Assembly: GCA_977016875.1 (NCBI GenBank)
Contig: CDRNST010000006.1
Span: forward strand, 4,278,001-4,342,000
Source: Pavona decussata
Lineage: Eukaryota
Length of the DNA stretch: 64,000 nucleotides
Reading direction: 5' to 3'
Positions 34,549-47,900 of the stretch are shown piece by piece. A program made the position numbers and the translations under genes. Every line of letters starts with the position of its first letter. Position 1 is the first letter of the stretch. The notes beneath the pieces were generated by a model. The model was given only the letters and a program-made list of their open reading frames with translations, ran no database searches and was not told the origin of the DNA.

Positions 34549-36537
34549 ATGGCTGCTTCACATGCGCTCACAGAAGACGATACTCCTGGAGCTTCTCTTC
34601 GAGGTCGATCACCTGCCACGCTAAAAAATGAAGAACTTTGTTTCTGGCTAAAATGTAAGGCGATAAATTGAAAGGGCTGAAAACAAAAGCACAATCAGTG
34701 AAAAGGGAGGATGCTCGTGCTTCGACCAGTTCGCGGCGATTTCGCGCCTCGCTTGCCTTGATTGCGGTAACCAAAGTTTAAAAACGATCTTATCTTCTGT
34801 TCTGTTTAGGGTTGAGGAATATATCAAAGAAGGTCGAGATCAAAATATAGTAGATGCGGATCCTGACTCCTTATATACAAAGCGCAAGGAACGCTTCGAT
34901 AAAAACAAAGATAAGAACTCCGGCATTTCCGCAACTCAGCATCCCTTGAGTTTCCCATCAGATGGCTGGTCTGCAGATATACGGCGGATGCCCTTTTTTA
35001 CCGGCGCCGAAATGAATGACCATATTTCACAGTCTGGAAAGAGAATTGATCCGAAAGCGACAACTTTCCTGAATGACGAATATTTAAAGGGCATCTCCGC
35101 AGCAAGCGGTCTCACTGCTATCACAGCTTTCGGAAGAATGATGCTCCACACAACTTAAAAAAAGTTGCATTGTGTATTTTTAGTATGGAAGGGAAACATG
35201 CTTCATTCTCCTGCGTTGCTTGGAAGGTTGGTTTTTGTAACCATATATTAGCACTCTTGATGAAGATTTGCAAATTCTCATTATATGAATGTAAAACCGT
35301 TCATGAACTTAAAAACGAAGAAGACATGCAGCCAAAGGAAGCATGTACTTCCTCTCTACAGAAGTGGCATAGGAAGGGAAGAGGAGACTCTATAAATCCA
35401 CAACCAGCAATGGAAGTGCTTGTAGCAAAAACCTACCTGGAGCAGACCAGATCATCAGCTCCAGAACCTGGTGTCAGATGTACACTTTATGAGGCAAGGA
35501 ATAATATCCGGGGACAAAAGGCAGATGAAGAGAAACTATTGGCAACCTTGAAAGAATTGAACCCAAATATGGCTCTAGCACAGATTATGACCCCAAGGTC
35601 TGATTCTATTCCCTTAGTGGAAACCTAGTTTGGCAGAAGTCCACAAGGCTCGTATGCTAGCTATCAACTTGCAGTGACCAAAGATAATTGTAAAGTGTTT
35701 TGTGACATCACGCCTATCCCAAGAGGAAACCCTGCCAACCACGGTGAGCACATTGTGACATATTTGAGATTTCCCCTATCAAGTCAGTCTAATGAACAGT
35801 TTCAGATACCTGCTGATCTTTCAGAAGCAGAAAAATCACTGTTAAAGAGTCTGCAAGTTGATGAAGATAAACTGAATGACATTGAAATTAAAACACGCAG
35901 CCAATCAGAGTGTCCTGAATGGAAGTTGGAAAGGAAATTCCGATTTACTGCCTCCAATTTTGGTCTTATAAGGGACAGAAAAAGAAACCATGAATCTTTA
36001 GTAAAAAATCTTATAAATCCAAAGCCTTTTTCATCATAATATACAAATCATGGACTTCAATATGAGCCAATTACCTTTGAACAATACCAGAATAATATGT
36101 CCTCTATTAACAAGCTAGTGAAGGTTTTTAAGTCAAGACTTGTAATAAGCATGGATGCCCCATCCTTGTGTGCATCGCTAGATGGCAAGGTTATTGATCC
36201 TGGATGCTCTGATCAATTTGGTCATTCTGAGGTCAAGTGTCCAGAAACCAAGTACTTAGTCACCCCCCTGGATGCGTGCTCCGATAGTAGCTTTTTCATG
36301 GAAGAAGTCGATGGAAAGCCTTAACTTAAACGCACCCATAAATACTATGTCCAAGTGCAGGGGCTGATAGGTGTGAACGGGGCAAAGTGGTGCGATTTCA
36401 TTGTGTACACCAGTAAGGGAATGAGCATCGAGCGAATTTGATTTGACGCTCAAATTTGGAACAGTTTAAAGGACACATTGAAACTGTATTATTTTAAACA
36501 CTTTCTAGCTATAGCAGCTAGAGAACCAAGAGCATAA
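34549..36537 (+). pseudogene. SAP-like + SWIM + YqaJ exonuclease-like protein, decayed
   Basis: LKNEELCFWLKC; SCVAWKVGFCNH; TRSQSECPEWKLERKFRFTASNFG; LCASLDG; EVKCP; YYVQVQG..WCDFIVYT. Confidence 0.85.
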
Positions 36538-36843
36538 GGCAAAATCACTGGTATAATATGCATGTTTACTACACAAACACTGCACAAATGCGAAACCTTT
36601 TTGGTTAACAGAACATTAAGTGTTATAATAAGCCCTACCATCAAGTCAATTTTACTGTTGTAGTTCATAATTATTTTTGGTTTTGAATTTTTCAAACCAT
36701 TTTGATTTATGATTTTGTATGTTTGTAAATATCATGTTTTAAACACAAAAAGTGACAAAAACAAAACTGGTTTGAAAAATAGTTAAACTAAAGATAAATG
36801 TAAACAACAACATTTACTTAGTAAAATAATAAACATAAGCAGA

Positions 36844-38402
36844 TCATGTGATATTAGATATGAGTGGATCCTGAGTGTTGCACAGGAAAGCACAAACAGA
36901 CCACATTTGGTTTACAAAATTAAATAAATTCAGAGGAACAACTCCATTCCAAATTCGGAAGTTCTTGATCTTGTTAAAGGCCCTTTCAACGTGTATCCGC
37001 AGACTGGTAATCTGCTGTGTCCTAACAACATCTTCGGCAGACATTTGAGCATCACTGCCTAAAAAGGGTGGGATATTCAGACCCTCACCAAGGGGCAGGA
37101 TGTCTTGTATCTGAAATCCCTTGTCTGCCATTGCAGCATCACCATCATCAAAGGATTGGGACAAAAATCCACTCCGCAAAACAATTTCACGGTCAGAAAT
37201 GCTGCCGGTATAAAGCTGACTGCAAAATGTAATCCCCCACTTGGTGCAATTCTGACAAGTCCTTTCAATGTCACATGGTTTTTGTACGAGCTGAAAAGTT
37301 CAGAGTTCAAAAGGAAACTACTCGGCATTTCGCAAAAGACTTCTGTGCAGTCAATGATGACTCGCATTGATGGAAATTTTTCTTTAAAATCTGCAGGCAT
37401 AGTTGCCTGAACAACTGACTTAGAAGGCCAAATGCACATCTGGCCAAATTTCAGATACATGAAATTAATCCATGGCACAAAAAGCCTGCTTATGGTGGAC
37501 CTTGCAACACCACAGAAGTGAGCTAAATGGCGCTCGGAAAAGGCTCTTCTCAAGCGGCATAACACAATAAAAAACTCTTCAACTGGTTTGAGCTTTCGTG
37601 GGCGTCCTTTCTTTGCAGGTGTAATGTTTTCTTCATCATCATCAGAGTCCACATCATAAAAATCCTCTGGTACATCTTTTAAGGTGCTTCCTTGACGAAT
37701 GTTTTCTCCATTTTCACCAGGATTCAAAAAGTTACGTAAGGCGAGGAAAGTAGCATAATTTGCAAGGCCGGTATAAAAGTTGATGTCAGCGTCTGATGGA
37801 AAGCGTTCCAGAGAAAATAATCGGGCCGAGATAGCCTCGTTCTGTTTCTCTAACTCGTCCAATTTCTTTTTGAGCTCAGTGTTTTGTTGTCGAAGTTTTA
37901 ACTTCTCCTCTTCCAGTTTTCTCGATCTTTTTCGGCGCAGTATCGTTTGGCTCAGTATTTTGATTATTTTCACTATCAGAGGCAGATGCCGTCAACTCAG
38001 GAAGTGATTCCGCCGTGATATCTGTTTCGCTCAACTCGGTGTGAGAAGATGTGGATGTTGTTGCAAACAATTTCTTCTTCTGAGGCAGAGGCTGTCTTTC
38101 CAGAGGAGCTTTTTTTTTTTCCTCTGAGAAGGCACGGACCAAGAAAATCTGGTTGGAACGCTTCCGGCAACCACATAAGCCCGTCCATTGAATGATTTTC
38201 TTAAATCTTCTTGTCTAAAATGCAGGGAACAAACTTTTGTTCCATCGACAATCTTAAACTCCTTTCCTTCTTCACGGCGAATTGCGTGAATCCACTGTTT
38301 TCTCCTCGTAGGAGTGCGTGGGAATTCAAAGAAAGAAACTTTCTCTCCTGTCGGCATCTTTCCTTTCTGATTGCATTCAGGGACACAACAACTCATAACC
38401 AT
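36844..38402 (-). pseudogene. THAP + DDE transposase of ISL2EU #2, frameshifted
   Basis: CCVPEC..FPR..W..VCSLHF..SVPT (THAP), followed by IIDCTE, MADKGF and RIHVER in successive frames. Confidence 0.9.
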
Positions 38403-38915
38403 ATCGAAAAAGCGTAAAACATAACGACTACAAAACACCACTCGATGGACTTGAAAGACGCGTTGTCAAAACAAATACGAGGCCTCACCAGCCTCGCTTC
38501 CATGCAACTGGACCCGGGCCGCCCGAGAGGTCGGCCATATTTGCATTCGGTGTATAGAGAAGATTTTGTGTTTCTTCTTTCTGATCATAAATGTATACAG
38601 AGGTAAAACAACAGGCACTTTTCATCCATGTGGCAATTTGAAAAATGGCTGATGTTTACATTTATGTCGGTGCACGATTATTTCAGTTTTTTCTATGGTG
38701 GAGTTTACTCGTAATATTTTAGGCTAATTCTGTTTTAGGTCACTTAAAAAGGGAGCATTTCGTTTTCTAGCTTAAAAATAACGGTAGTTTGGAAGTGTAG
38801 CATGATATGAGAGAGAGGGTATTAATTTCACTGATTTCAAGTTATTTCCCCTGGAACGGCTCTTTCATCTCACTTGAACGGCTCAAATATAACCTCGAAA
38901 ATTTCACCTGAAAAG

Positions 38916-40038
38916 GGGTTTCGACAAAACGCTGACCCCCGGGACAGCTTACCCCCTAACTGACGCCCTCAAAAAATCACAGCGGAAAACAAAAAAAAAA
39001 TTAAATTAAAGTTATAAAGTTAACCTGCAAGATGAAACAGCGTAAATGAAGAGTGAGTTACCACTCAATTTAACGTTTGACTGTTGACTGTTTTCACGAA
39101 ACAACATCTGGAGACAATTCCCACGGTAAAATACAGCAGAAATAGATTCCAGGTCCCGCTCTGGTTCGTTATTCCCATGCTGACGGATTCCCTCGCTGGC
39201 GATGTTGGGTGAGTAGTTTATTTTGATTGATTTATTTATTTTTCAAAATTTCTCCGTAAATTTTTTACAGCCCTCATTTTCCTACTCTTTTAGGGAAGTT
39301 GTCTCACTGCTGCGAATGAAAATCAAGAGAGAGCCCTGAGCATACAAGGCTGCTGTTAACCGTTTCTTACTTTGCCTTTTCCTGTTATTTAGCGTTCACG
39401 TATACACATTTGTGGTCAAATGACGTACAAACTAAAAGTATTAGAAATGGCTTATAACGAAAAACCTTACAAAATTACCCGACGCATTTTCCTGAAATCA
39501 TGTGTTACAGCTAGTCTATAACCCCTTTCCCAAAACGACGGATTGTTTGACCTTGTTGTACTTTTGTCCGAATGCCACAGTTCGCCTGGCCTCCTTGTAA
39601 TGCAATTAAGAAACGAAAACAATTTGCTCCTGTCAGAGAATTGACTTTCGAACATGTTTCGATCATCGGCTTTTGAAGCTTACTGAAGTTTTTTTAAAAG
39701 TTACCTAGTGGAACTGGGATTTTTTTTTCGAACAGACGCTCGATTCTTTGTTTTATAAATTCGAAAATCTTCTGTCTAGCGGTGCCTTTGGCAACTTGAA
39801 TGGTTGTGAACTTCATGATGATAAAGCCCTTTCAAACTATTTTGGTCACAACGAGAACTGCGTGCACCGGAACGTTGGTTTATGGGGAGAAACAGGCGTA
39901 TCCGTTCCTCATGATTTGTGTTGCATTCCGTCATCTTGGAAATTTCAGGTTGGTTTATAACTTTAATTTAACATTTTTTGTGTTTCCCTGAGAGTTTTTG
40001 AGGGGGTCAGTTAGGGGGTCGGCGTTTTGTCGAAACCC
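38916..40038. mobile_element. Mutator-like non-autonomous element
   Basis: 9-bp TSD CCTGAAAAG (38907-38915, 40039-40047) and TIR GGGTTTCGACAAAACGC.GACCCC. Confidence 0.75.
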
Positions 40039-41974
40039 CCTGAAAAGAATCATTTGATAACTTAATGCTAATATGGGGAGCACTCAAGTTTAAAGCTAGT
40101 TATTTACGTGTATAAAAGCATGAAATGAAACCAGCGACCTTGGCTTTTATCTAAAAGCTTCTGTGAACTGTATTGACACGTTGCAAAGTAACAGGAGGAA
40201 CATGAAGTACTGAAATGGCGAATTGTGTCAAAATGCATTCCACACATCTTGACCTAGGGTGCTCACTTTTCACGGGCCAAACTAAATATTTTAACATGAT
40301 AAATAAGAAAAATTGCCCGTTCAAAAAAGTTATTTCATTACCAGTGTATTCGTATACCCTCGATGATATTGTAATTTGAAATATTTGTATTCTTTACATG
40401 GACAACTTCAGATGAAAGAATGTTCAGGTCGAGATAAGATATAGTTTGGAAGCAAGCACAAGGGATGTAAAAACGATTGTGAAAGTATCAACTCGAGAAA
40501 ACGTTGCTTTCTCATGCACGAGAGTTTTGAAAATATACTAATTTGCATAATTTCAATCGGGCCATTAGGCACGTTGAGGCCGATTTTGATCTTTCCCAAT
40601 TTTTGCTAAAATAAAAATTCGCTGGAATTTTTAAATATTATTTTTGAAAATGGTTTACCAAAAGGGTCTTTTGTGGCAAATAAAAAGAAATTCGAATTTT
40701 TGCTTCTGTCGCCGGATTCTTGAAAGTTACTGACAACGGCCCTTAAGCTTCAATTTGGGAAAAAATGCCATACTGGTTTTGTATTGTAGTGCTTTGTAGA
40801 ATAATCGTTGCTCAGATTCCTCTGAAAAATGCTTGGTTACCCAATTTTCTTTCAGGATTCCAGTAGCCCTTGCTAAGATCTCCTTTTCCTGCTTAGTCAT
40901 AAACCGCACAAAAATATATCTGTATTAGTAGGCACTGTCCTTTAAAGCCGTCCAGTGAGTTGAGAATATCCAAATGGTGCTGCTCACTGACAACAGCTAT
41001 GTTACCGGGCAAAGAACAAATATCTGTTCACAAGAACCGCACTGTGACTGTATACACGGTTGCGTGACTGTATACACGGTTGCTTTCCTGGTTTGGTCTA
41101 CCTTGTACTGACGGTTTGCCACAAATGACTCTCAGTTCCCACTGGATAGGATGCACCCCAATCATCCTTGGTTATTGTTTGTACGATCTCTGCCCCCTGA
41201 CCTGTAACTTGTATTAGTAGTCTTCCCCAGGATCTCCTGACGCTATTGCCACTATGGAACCTTCTCCAGTCCAATTCTTTAAAATTCCTCAGAACCTCTA
41301 AAGGCTCAATATGTCCCCCCAAAATGGGGATTTTATGAAAGCTGTGCTCACACCCTCCATACATTTAACTGTAATTTGATCCTGGTAGGGATGGAGAAAT
41401 AAATTTGGGAATTCATGTCAGCATAGATACATACCATACTTTCTGATAAAATCTTTGAAATGTTATTCCACTTAAAATGAAATTGAAAATAAATTGCAGT
41501 AACTAAGTTCATTTAGAGGATACGAACATCAATTCTGTTGGATCCTATCCTTGATAGAGAAAAATGAGTTTTAAATTGTAGTAACAACTTGTGCATGTAG
41601 TTAGAGGATGAGAACATTGATTGTTTCTCTTTGATCCTATTCTGGGTCAAGAAAAGTGAGTTTATATTATTCATAAATGAGAGGTGTTGTAGAATTGGTA
41701 TTAAAAAAGGCTTTTAACAGCATCATGATCTTAAACAAACAAATGATAGAAATCTCTTAAGCACGTTACAGAAATGGAAGAACGGCTTGTAGCTTGAATG
41801 AGACTATCTGCACCTCCTTTCCCCTTCCTGCATTGGCATCTGCTATCAAAACTGGTATTTGTACATTAGAGTGAGTGAGCCCTGAGACCAACCAATGGAA
41901 AATTTCTGCGTTAAGAACGTGGATGATAGTTATTTCCTTGTAACCAGTAAGTCCCCCCCGCACACGCAGACACA

Positions 41975-44900
41975 TAGTACAGCTGTTATTGTCCAAAAAA
42001 TAGCGGAATTGTTCACTTTTGTGATAAAAGCATGAAACTTTGCATGATTACTACTAACCATGAAACAAACAATTTCTGATATGGATCCAAGTTAAGCTCT
42101 AGACTGGAGATCTGCGCATGTCATGAAATTTCCAACATGAAAACGAGGCTGACATCAAATTACCTTAAAACGAGCCTCAGAGTACGAAAATAAACATGGA
42201 ACTGATATATTAGTAACATATGTGGTAATCTGTGCTAGAAAAAAATTAAGATGTGATCACGTGACCTACTATTATTTTACGACTTTTTCGCTCGGGTGCC
42301 CTGTTGTGGAATGTCAAAGATGGAGGCATGGCGCTTTAACTAACACAAATGAAATCCCAGTTATGGTTCTAATATTTTAATGACAAGGCATAGCTTTTTA
42401 CATGTTTCTAACCGTGAAAAGACCTAAAACCTACGCGTGCATTATTAATAAATCATCTCACATTGCATTTTAGAGTCTAGGTGGCGGTCAATAGCAGCCG
42501 CAGCTGTTGAAACAGCTGTCGTCTACGGTTGTATTTTGATTCTCGGTTGAGTCTCTTATCATGTCGCTGTTGTGTTACTAGTTTTCTACGCTGTCAAATC
42601 AGCCTTGTAGCTATTTAAGTTACTTGTGTTTATTTTTGGCTGATTAGATCTTTTACAGTTCCTGCGTATACTTGCGGCATTTCCGTTCGCGGGTCCTTTG
42701 CAGTTTATTCTGTTATTATCATCAAAATGATTTTTCACGAAAAACGCCTTGAACCTTTGTGATGGGTTTGCTGCATTTTTGATACGCCTGGTTCTCGATC
42801 CTTACTTATTGTTTACCCTTTATGCCTTTATTCAACTTTAAAACTGAAAAAAAGCTGGGGACTAGTTCTCATGCTTCTAGCGGTTTCCAAGATGGCAGCT
42901 GTGATGTTTGGATACTTACAGTCATTACAGGTAAGACATCTTTTCTCGTCATTGCTAGCTTAACAGGATAAGTTCATGTTATAGTTCAAAAACGAATGAA
43001 TGCTTTTGAGATATTTTTGACATAATTGCAGTTATCTTAGTAAATGAGAAAACACAAAACTCAAAAACACAATGATGAACAGATGACAAAACCGTTTGTT
43101 CCAAATATAAGACTTTTATCTCGTGTTGATCATATTCAAGACGTTAACAGATATTGTCAAACATGTTTCTGTAACAAGTATTCTGTTGAGATTGAGTCGC
43201 CCTGGATTGGAAACTGTACATTATTTGTCAAACCAAGACTGGAGAACCCTTGCAATGTCCTGCAATTTCAAAAAGGAAAGACGTCGGAGCAAGCTATTCG
43301 TTATTTGCTAGAAACTTAGAAGACTTTCAGAAGATTGGCTCCGTTCCTGCAATTGCAAATTTCAATGTTGAAGAGCTAAGTGGTGGTCCGGGAACAGAGC
43401 AGACCCTCACAGAGAGAAAGGCGTCATGGCACAAGATATGTAGAAACAGTTTAGCAATGCAAATTTAGAGCGTGCAAAGAAATGGAAATATGATAGTGAG
43501 AACAAAGAGGAAAACAACCTCCTTGTAACAGAAAGTTCTGCCAGCCCCGTCAAAGCCAGGCGTTCCAGCCTTCCAAGCAACCAGTTCAGCAATCACTGCT
43601 TTTTTTGTGATTCAAGTGATATCCAAGCAAATCTACATGCTGCTTCCACCCTTGAGGTTGATAGAAGAGTTAGAGAATGTGCATCTCTTTTGAATGATAA
43701 CAGGCTGATTGGCAAGCTGGCATCGGGGGACATGGTAGCAACAGAGGGAAAGTACCATACGAAATCCTTAGTTGGGCTGTACAATCAAGCTAGGAAACTG
43801 AAATTGTCGGTTAACTCTGAAAACACTCCATCATATAAGCCTATAGATATAGAGGAGCTTGCATTTCCAGAACTTGTTGCCTTTATCGATGAGAGTCTTG
43901 AGGTTTAGGAGCCAGCTGTGTTAAAGCTATCAGACCGTGTGAAGTTCTATTCTTCAAAGTTGAGCGAACTCGGCGGAGAACAACCTGATAGGATCAATGC
44001 CACAAGATTGAAGACCCGTGTGCTGACAGCCTTTGCTGATCTTACAGCACATGCCCAAGGAAGAGGTGTTCTTTTGATCCTTAGCCAAGAAATCGGCGAT
44101 GTCTTACTCGAGGCCAAGAATAGGGACTCAGAGGCATTTTGCTTGGCAAAAGCAGCAATGATTGCAAGGAGGGAAATTCTGCAGGTGAAAAACTTTTTCA
44201 ATGGAACATTTGTAACCGAATCCCAGACAGATGCGGTTCCAGCCTTGCTTAAAACATTGTTAGATATGATAATGAGAGGACCAACGACCAAAAGGGATTC
44301 CGCGGAGAGCCAGGCGTGCCTTACTGTTGCTCAATTGATGGGTTTTAACACCATATCTCGATTTCGAGACAAATCAGGCAATGCTACTGGTACCATTCAC
44401 CACACTCACCATGTCAGAAACAGGGAGTGCCCATTGCCCATATATGCAGCGCTTAAGATCCATGGAGCAACCAGAGAAAAATCACTGATTGATACCTTCT
44501 ACAAGCTTGGGATGTGCATATCATACGACAGGCTCCTATCTATCTCTACCGACATAACTAACAGCGTTATTGATAGATATGATAAGGACGGTGTAGTATG
44601 CCCTTCCAAGCTACGTGATGGTATATGTACAACCGCAGTCATAGACAACATTGACCATAATCCAAGTTCTACCAGCTCACATGACTCCTTTCATGGCATT
44701 GCAATCTTCCTGGTCAAGCATCCAACCGCCGAAAAGCCAGGAACACACAGAGCCACTAATGTGTTCGATCCTGATAAGAGCTTGACGTCAAAGAAAATTG
44801 CCTTGCTGCCGTCTTACTACACTGACGTACCACCTTTAACTCTTCCTTCTACAAACATTGTTGTTCCCGACACTAGTGTTCGATTGGATTCTATACCAGA

Positions 44901-47900
44901 TCGTGATGCGACCTCATACGACAGTCATCCAGAAGTAGATTGGTTGGAAAACACCAGGCAAGTTGTTACTGAGAAAGAGCTAACAAAAGAAGACATCGTG
45001 TCCTGGGCAGCGTACCGGGCTTCAAAGTTATCACTATCATCTCACCAGCCAGCATTAATATTGTTGCTGTCGATGTTTACTGAGAACGCCCACTCTCTCG
45101 CCATGATTGCACATGCCATCGATGTCATCAGTTCAGCCGTTAAGCACCTGAATCCCTCCCAAATACCCGTTGTTGCAGTTGATCAGCTGTTGTTTGCTTT
45201 AACGAAGCAAATTCAGTGGACAGTTGGTGGTGCGTACGAGGAGAGTCATGTAGTTGTCATGCTTGGTGAATTGCACATTGAGATGGCTGCTTTTAAAGCT
45301 CTGGGGAAGTGGGTTCTTGGAAGCGGATGGCCAGAGGCGCTGACAAATGCGTCAGTGGCATCACCAGGTGTTGCTGATTCCTTGCTAACAGCAAGTCATA
45401 TAACGTGAACAAGACGATCTCATCAAGTGACAGCAGCTACTCTCCATATGCTGATGAAGAAAGCATTTGAAGAGTACATATCTGAAGAGAGTGATGGGCC
45501 GGCCAGACCATTTGAAGAATGGAGAGACAAGAAGATGAAGAAGTGCGCGCAGTTTCTCTACTGGGCCAGTGTGCTAGATTTGGAACTTGTCTGTCTCCAG
45601 CTTGTGAGAGCGATCCGCGAGACTGATTTTTCATTGTATCTCAAAGCTATATGAGAGTTACTTCCATGGATGTTTGCTCTGGACAGTCATAACTATGCAA
45701 GGTGGCTATCTGTGCATTACCTCGACATGTGCAACCTTCCTGCTAAGTATCCAGGTGTATGTGCAGAGTTCCGTAACAGCTCTTTCGTAGTACACAAGAC
45801 AAAGAGTTTATTCTCATTAATCGCCCTAGACCACGCCCATGAGCAAGTCAATGCCATTGTGAGAGGTGAAAGAGGTGCTGGTCGGACTGACCAAAAATCC
45901 TGTTTCACCTAAGAAGGTGGACGGTCGCTGGTCCAGAGCTTGCAAGAATGGTTAAGAAATTTGAGGGAGTAATCTCCGCTAATGAAAGCCAAAACCATCA
46001 TGAGAACAAACCAGCCGTCCAAAGTGCCTTTGCTAAAGATGTTGTCAACCTGGTGTCCTCTTTCGAAGAGCTTGGCAGTCCGTTCAAGGAGGTTGGAGAG
46101 GATCTTACAGCCCTTCTCTTCACACAAAAGACATCATGAATGAAGAGGTTGTGCGGACCGTTAGAACCGCAAGACAGCTAGGAGAGCAACAATTTGAAGC
46201 GTTCCTTAAAGAGAGGCTTGAAGACAAAACAAAGCTTTTAACAGACGCCCTCAAGAAGAATAATCTTCCTACATTTAACGCCCGAGAGAGGAAAGTCGTG
46301 TCGAAAGATAAGGCTAAAATAACGGTGCTGAAGAAAGACTGTGCCCTGTTCTCAAGACGCTACATTGCCTGTCAAAACCGTGACGGAAACCATGAAGACT
46401 TCTTCAAGTTCAAAAATCAACCATGGCCGCCTTCACTGTCGCAGATGGAAGAACTCAGAGGAGGAACCAAAGCGGACCTCGTAAAGTGCTTGTTGGATGC
46501 CTCCAGCCAGACAGAAGCTGAATGAAGCTGTTGCAGTCCAGATGCTCCAACGAACAGCTGTGAGCACCTTTGAATAGTACTTCAACTCCATATTTGTGCC
46601 TTACATCCTGAGGCAGCTAGAATATGTGAAGAGGCTGGACATTGTGTGGGACATCTACAAAGATGTCTCCCTAAACAAAGCGGCAAAGGAGAAGCGAGGA
46701 TCAGGTCACAGGAGAAACGTTTTGCTGTCTACCCGAATACCGTCTGACTGGAAGGGATTCTTAAGAGTTGATGACAACGAAGATGAGCTCTTCAAACTGC
46801 TAACAATCAAGGTGAGTGTGTAAAACCAATGAGCAAACCATGTTATTCATTTTGTTAGCAAAACACTAAGTTTTATATTTACTTTCTAGGTGGTTTCACT
46901 ACAGCTTCCAGTGGGAAAGACAGTCTTTGCAACACATGGTGAAAATGTGCTTACGTCTGAGGACAGGGCAGATATGAGTGCTCTTGCGCCATGTAATCAC
47001 GAAGAAGCTGATTCAAGAATGATGATTCATGCACTCGACGCCAGCCTGCATGGCCATCGATGACTGAAGATACGAAGCAATGATACCGATGTTGTTGTGC
47101 TTGCCATTTCCATTGTTCCAACTCTCCCATAAGATGAGCTGTAGATCTCCTACGGTTCTTCCAAACAGGTCCGTAACCTTCCAGCGTGCGCCATAGCTAC
47201 ATCCCTGGGTCGAGAGAAAGCAGGTGTGTTACCAATGTTTCACGCATTAACAGGGTGCGACACAGTTTCCTTTTTCAGTGGGAGAGGAAAGAAGACGGCG
47301 TGGGATGTGTGGAACGTGTTCCCACAGCTTACTCCTGTTCTTAAAGAACTGCTGATGTTGCCAGAGGATATTGATGATACGTGCATGTATGTCATTGAGA
47401 GATTTGTGATACTCTTATATGACTGCACGAGCAGCCTCAGTAAAGTCAATGAAGTCAGGCAAGAGCTTTTCTCAAGAAAGACAAGATCCCTTGACAACAT
47501 CCGTCCCACTCAAGCATCCCTACTGCAACATGTCAAGAGAGCTGTCTTCCAAGGTGGATTTGTATGGGGTCAGACCCTGTGAAAGCAGCCTGTACTACAA
47601 TGTCCATCTAGATGGGGATGGCAGCTTGAAAGTAATCGCTGGGTGCCTTATTGGACGACACTCTCCCAAACCAAGGACTCCTGCTATGAGCTCATTCGGT
47701 GTGATTATAAAGCTGGGTGTCGAGGATGCTGGAAATGCTTGAAAGCCAATCTGAGCTGCACTGGTTTGTGCAACTGTGGAGGCAACTGCAACTAACTGTT
47801 CATGCTCACAATGTGTAACCTATAGAAAAACGTTAACGTTGACTCTTGTTCCATATTTCTCACCGAGAGCATTGCCGTAGTTAACGAGTTTTGACCAGCT

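Larger units (their letters stand above)
34444..38553. mobile_element. ISL2EU DNA transposon #2
   Basis: AT on both flanks, ~65-70-bp imperfect TIRs ACACCAAATGTAAATATGGC.. / ..GCCATATTTGCATTCGGTGT, and the same convergent two-gene layout as #1. Confidence 0.88.
34209..40742. mobile_element. TTAA-specific non-autonomous TIR element (Kolobok- or Sola3-like) carrying nested insertions
   Basis: TTAA TSD confirmed by the empty site gatagTTAAgcttc at ~52905-52917. ~32-bp TIRs GAGCCATTGTCAGTAACTTTC.. / ..GAAAGTTACTGACAACGGCCC. Confidence 0.8.
34050..40941. mobile_element. Short TTAA-specific non-autonomous element (Kolobok-like), split by a 6.5-kb insertion
   Basis: TTAA|GGACGGTGCCT...AGGCACTGTCCT|TTAA. 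An uninterrupted copy lies at 52755-53109. Confidence 0.65.

Noticed and set aside
41045-41084. 20-bp tandem duplication gtgactgtatacacggttgc x2
   Set aside because: It is single in the paralog (~53212-53231), so it is a local slippage event and not an array or CRISPR.
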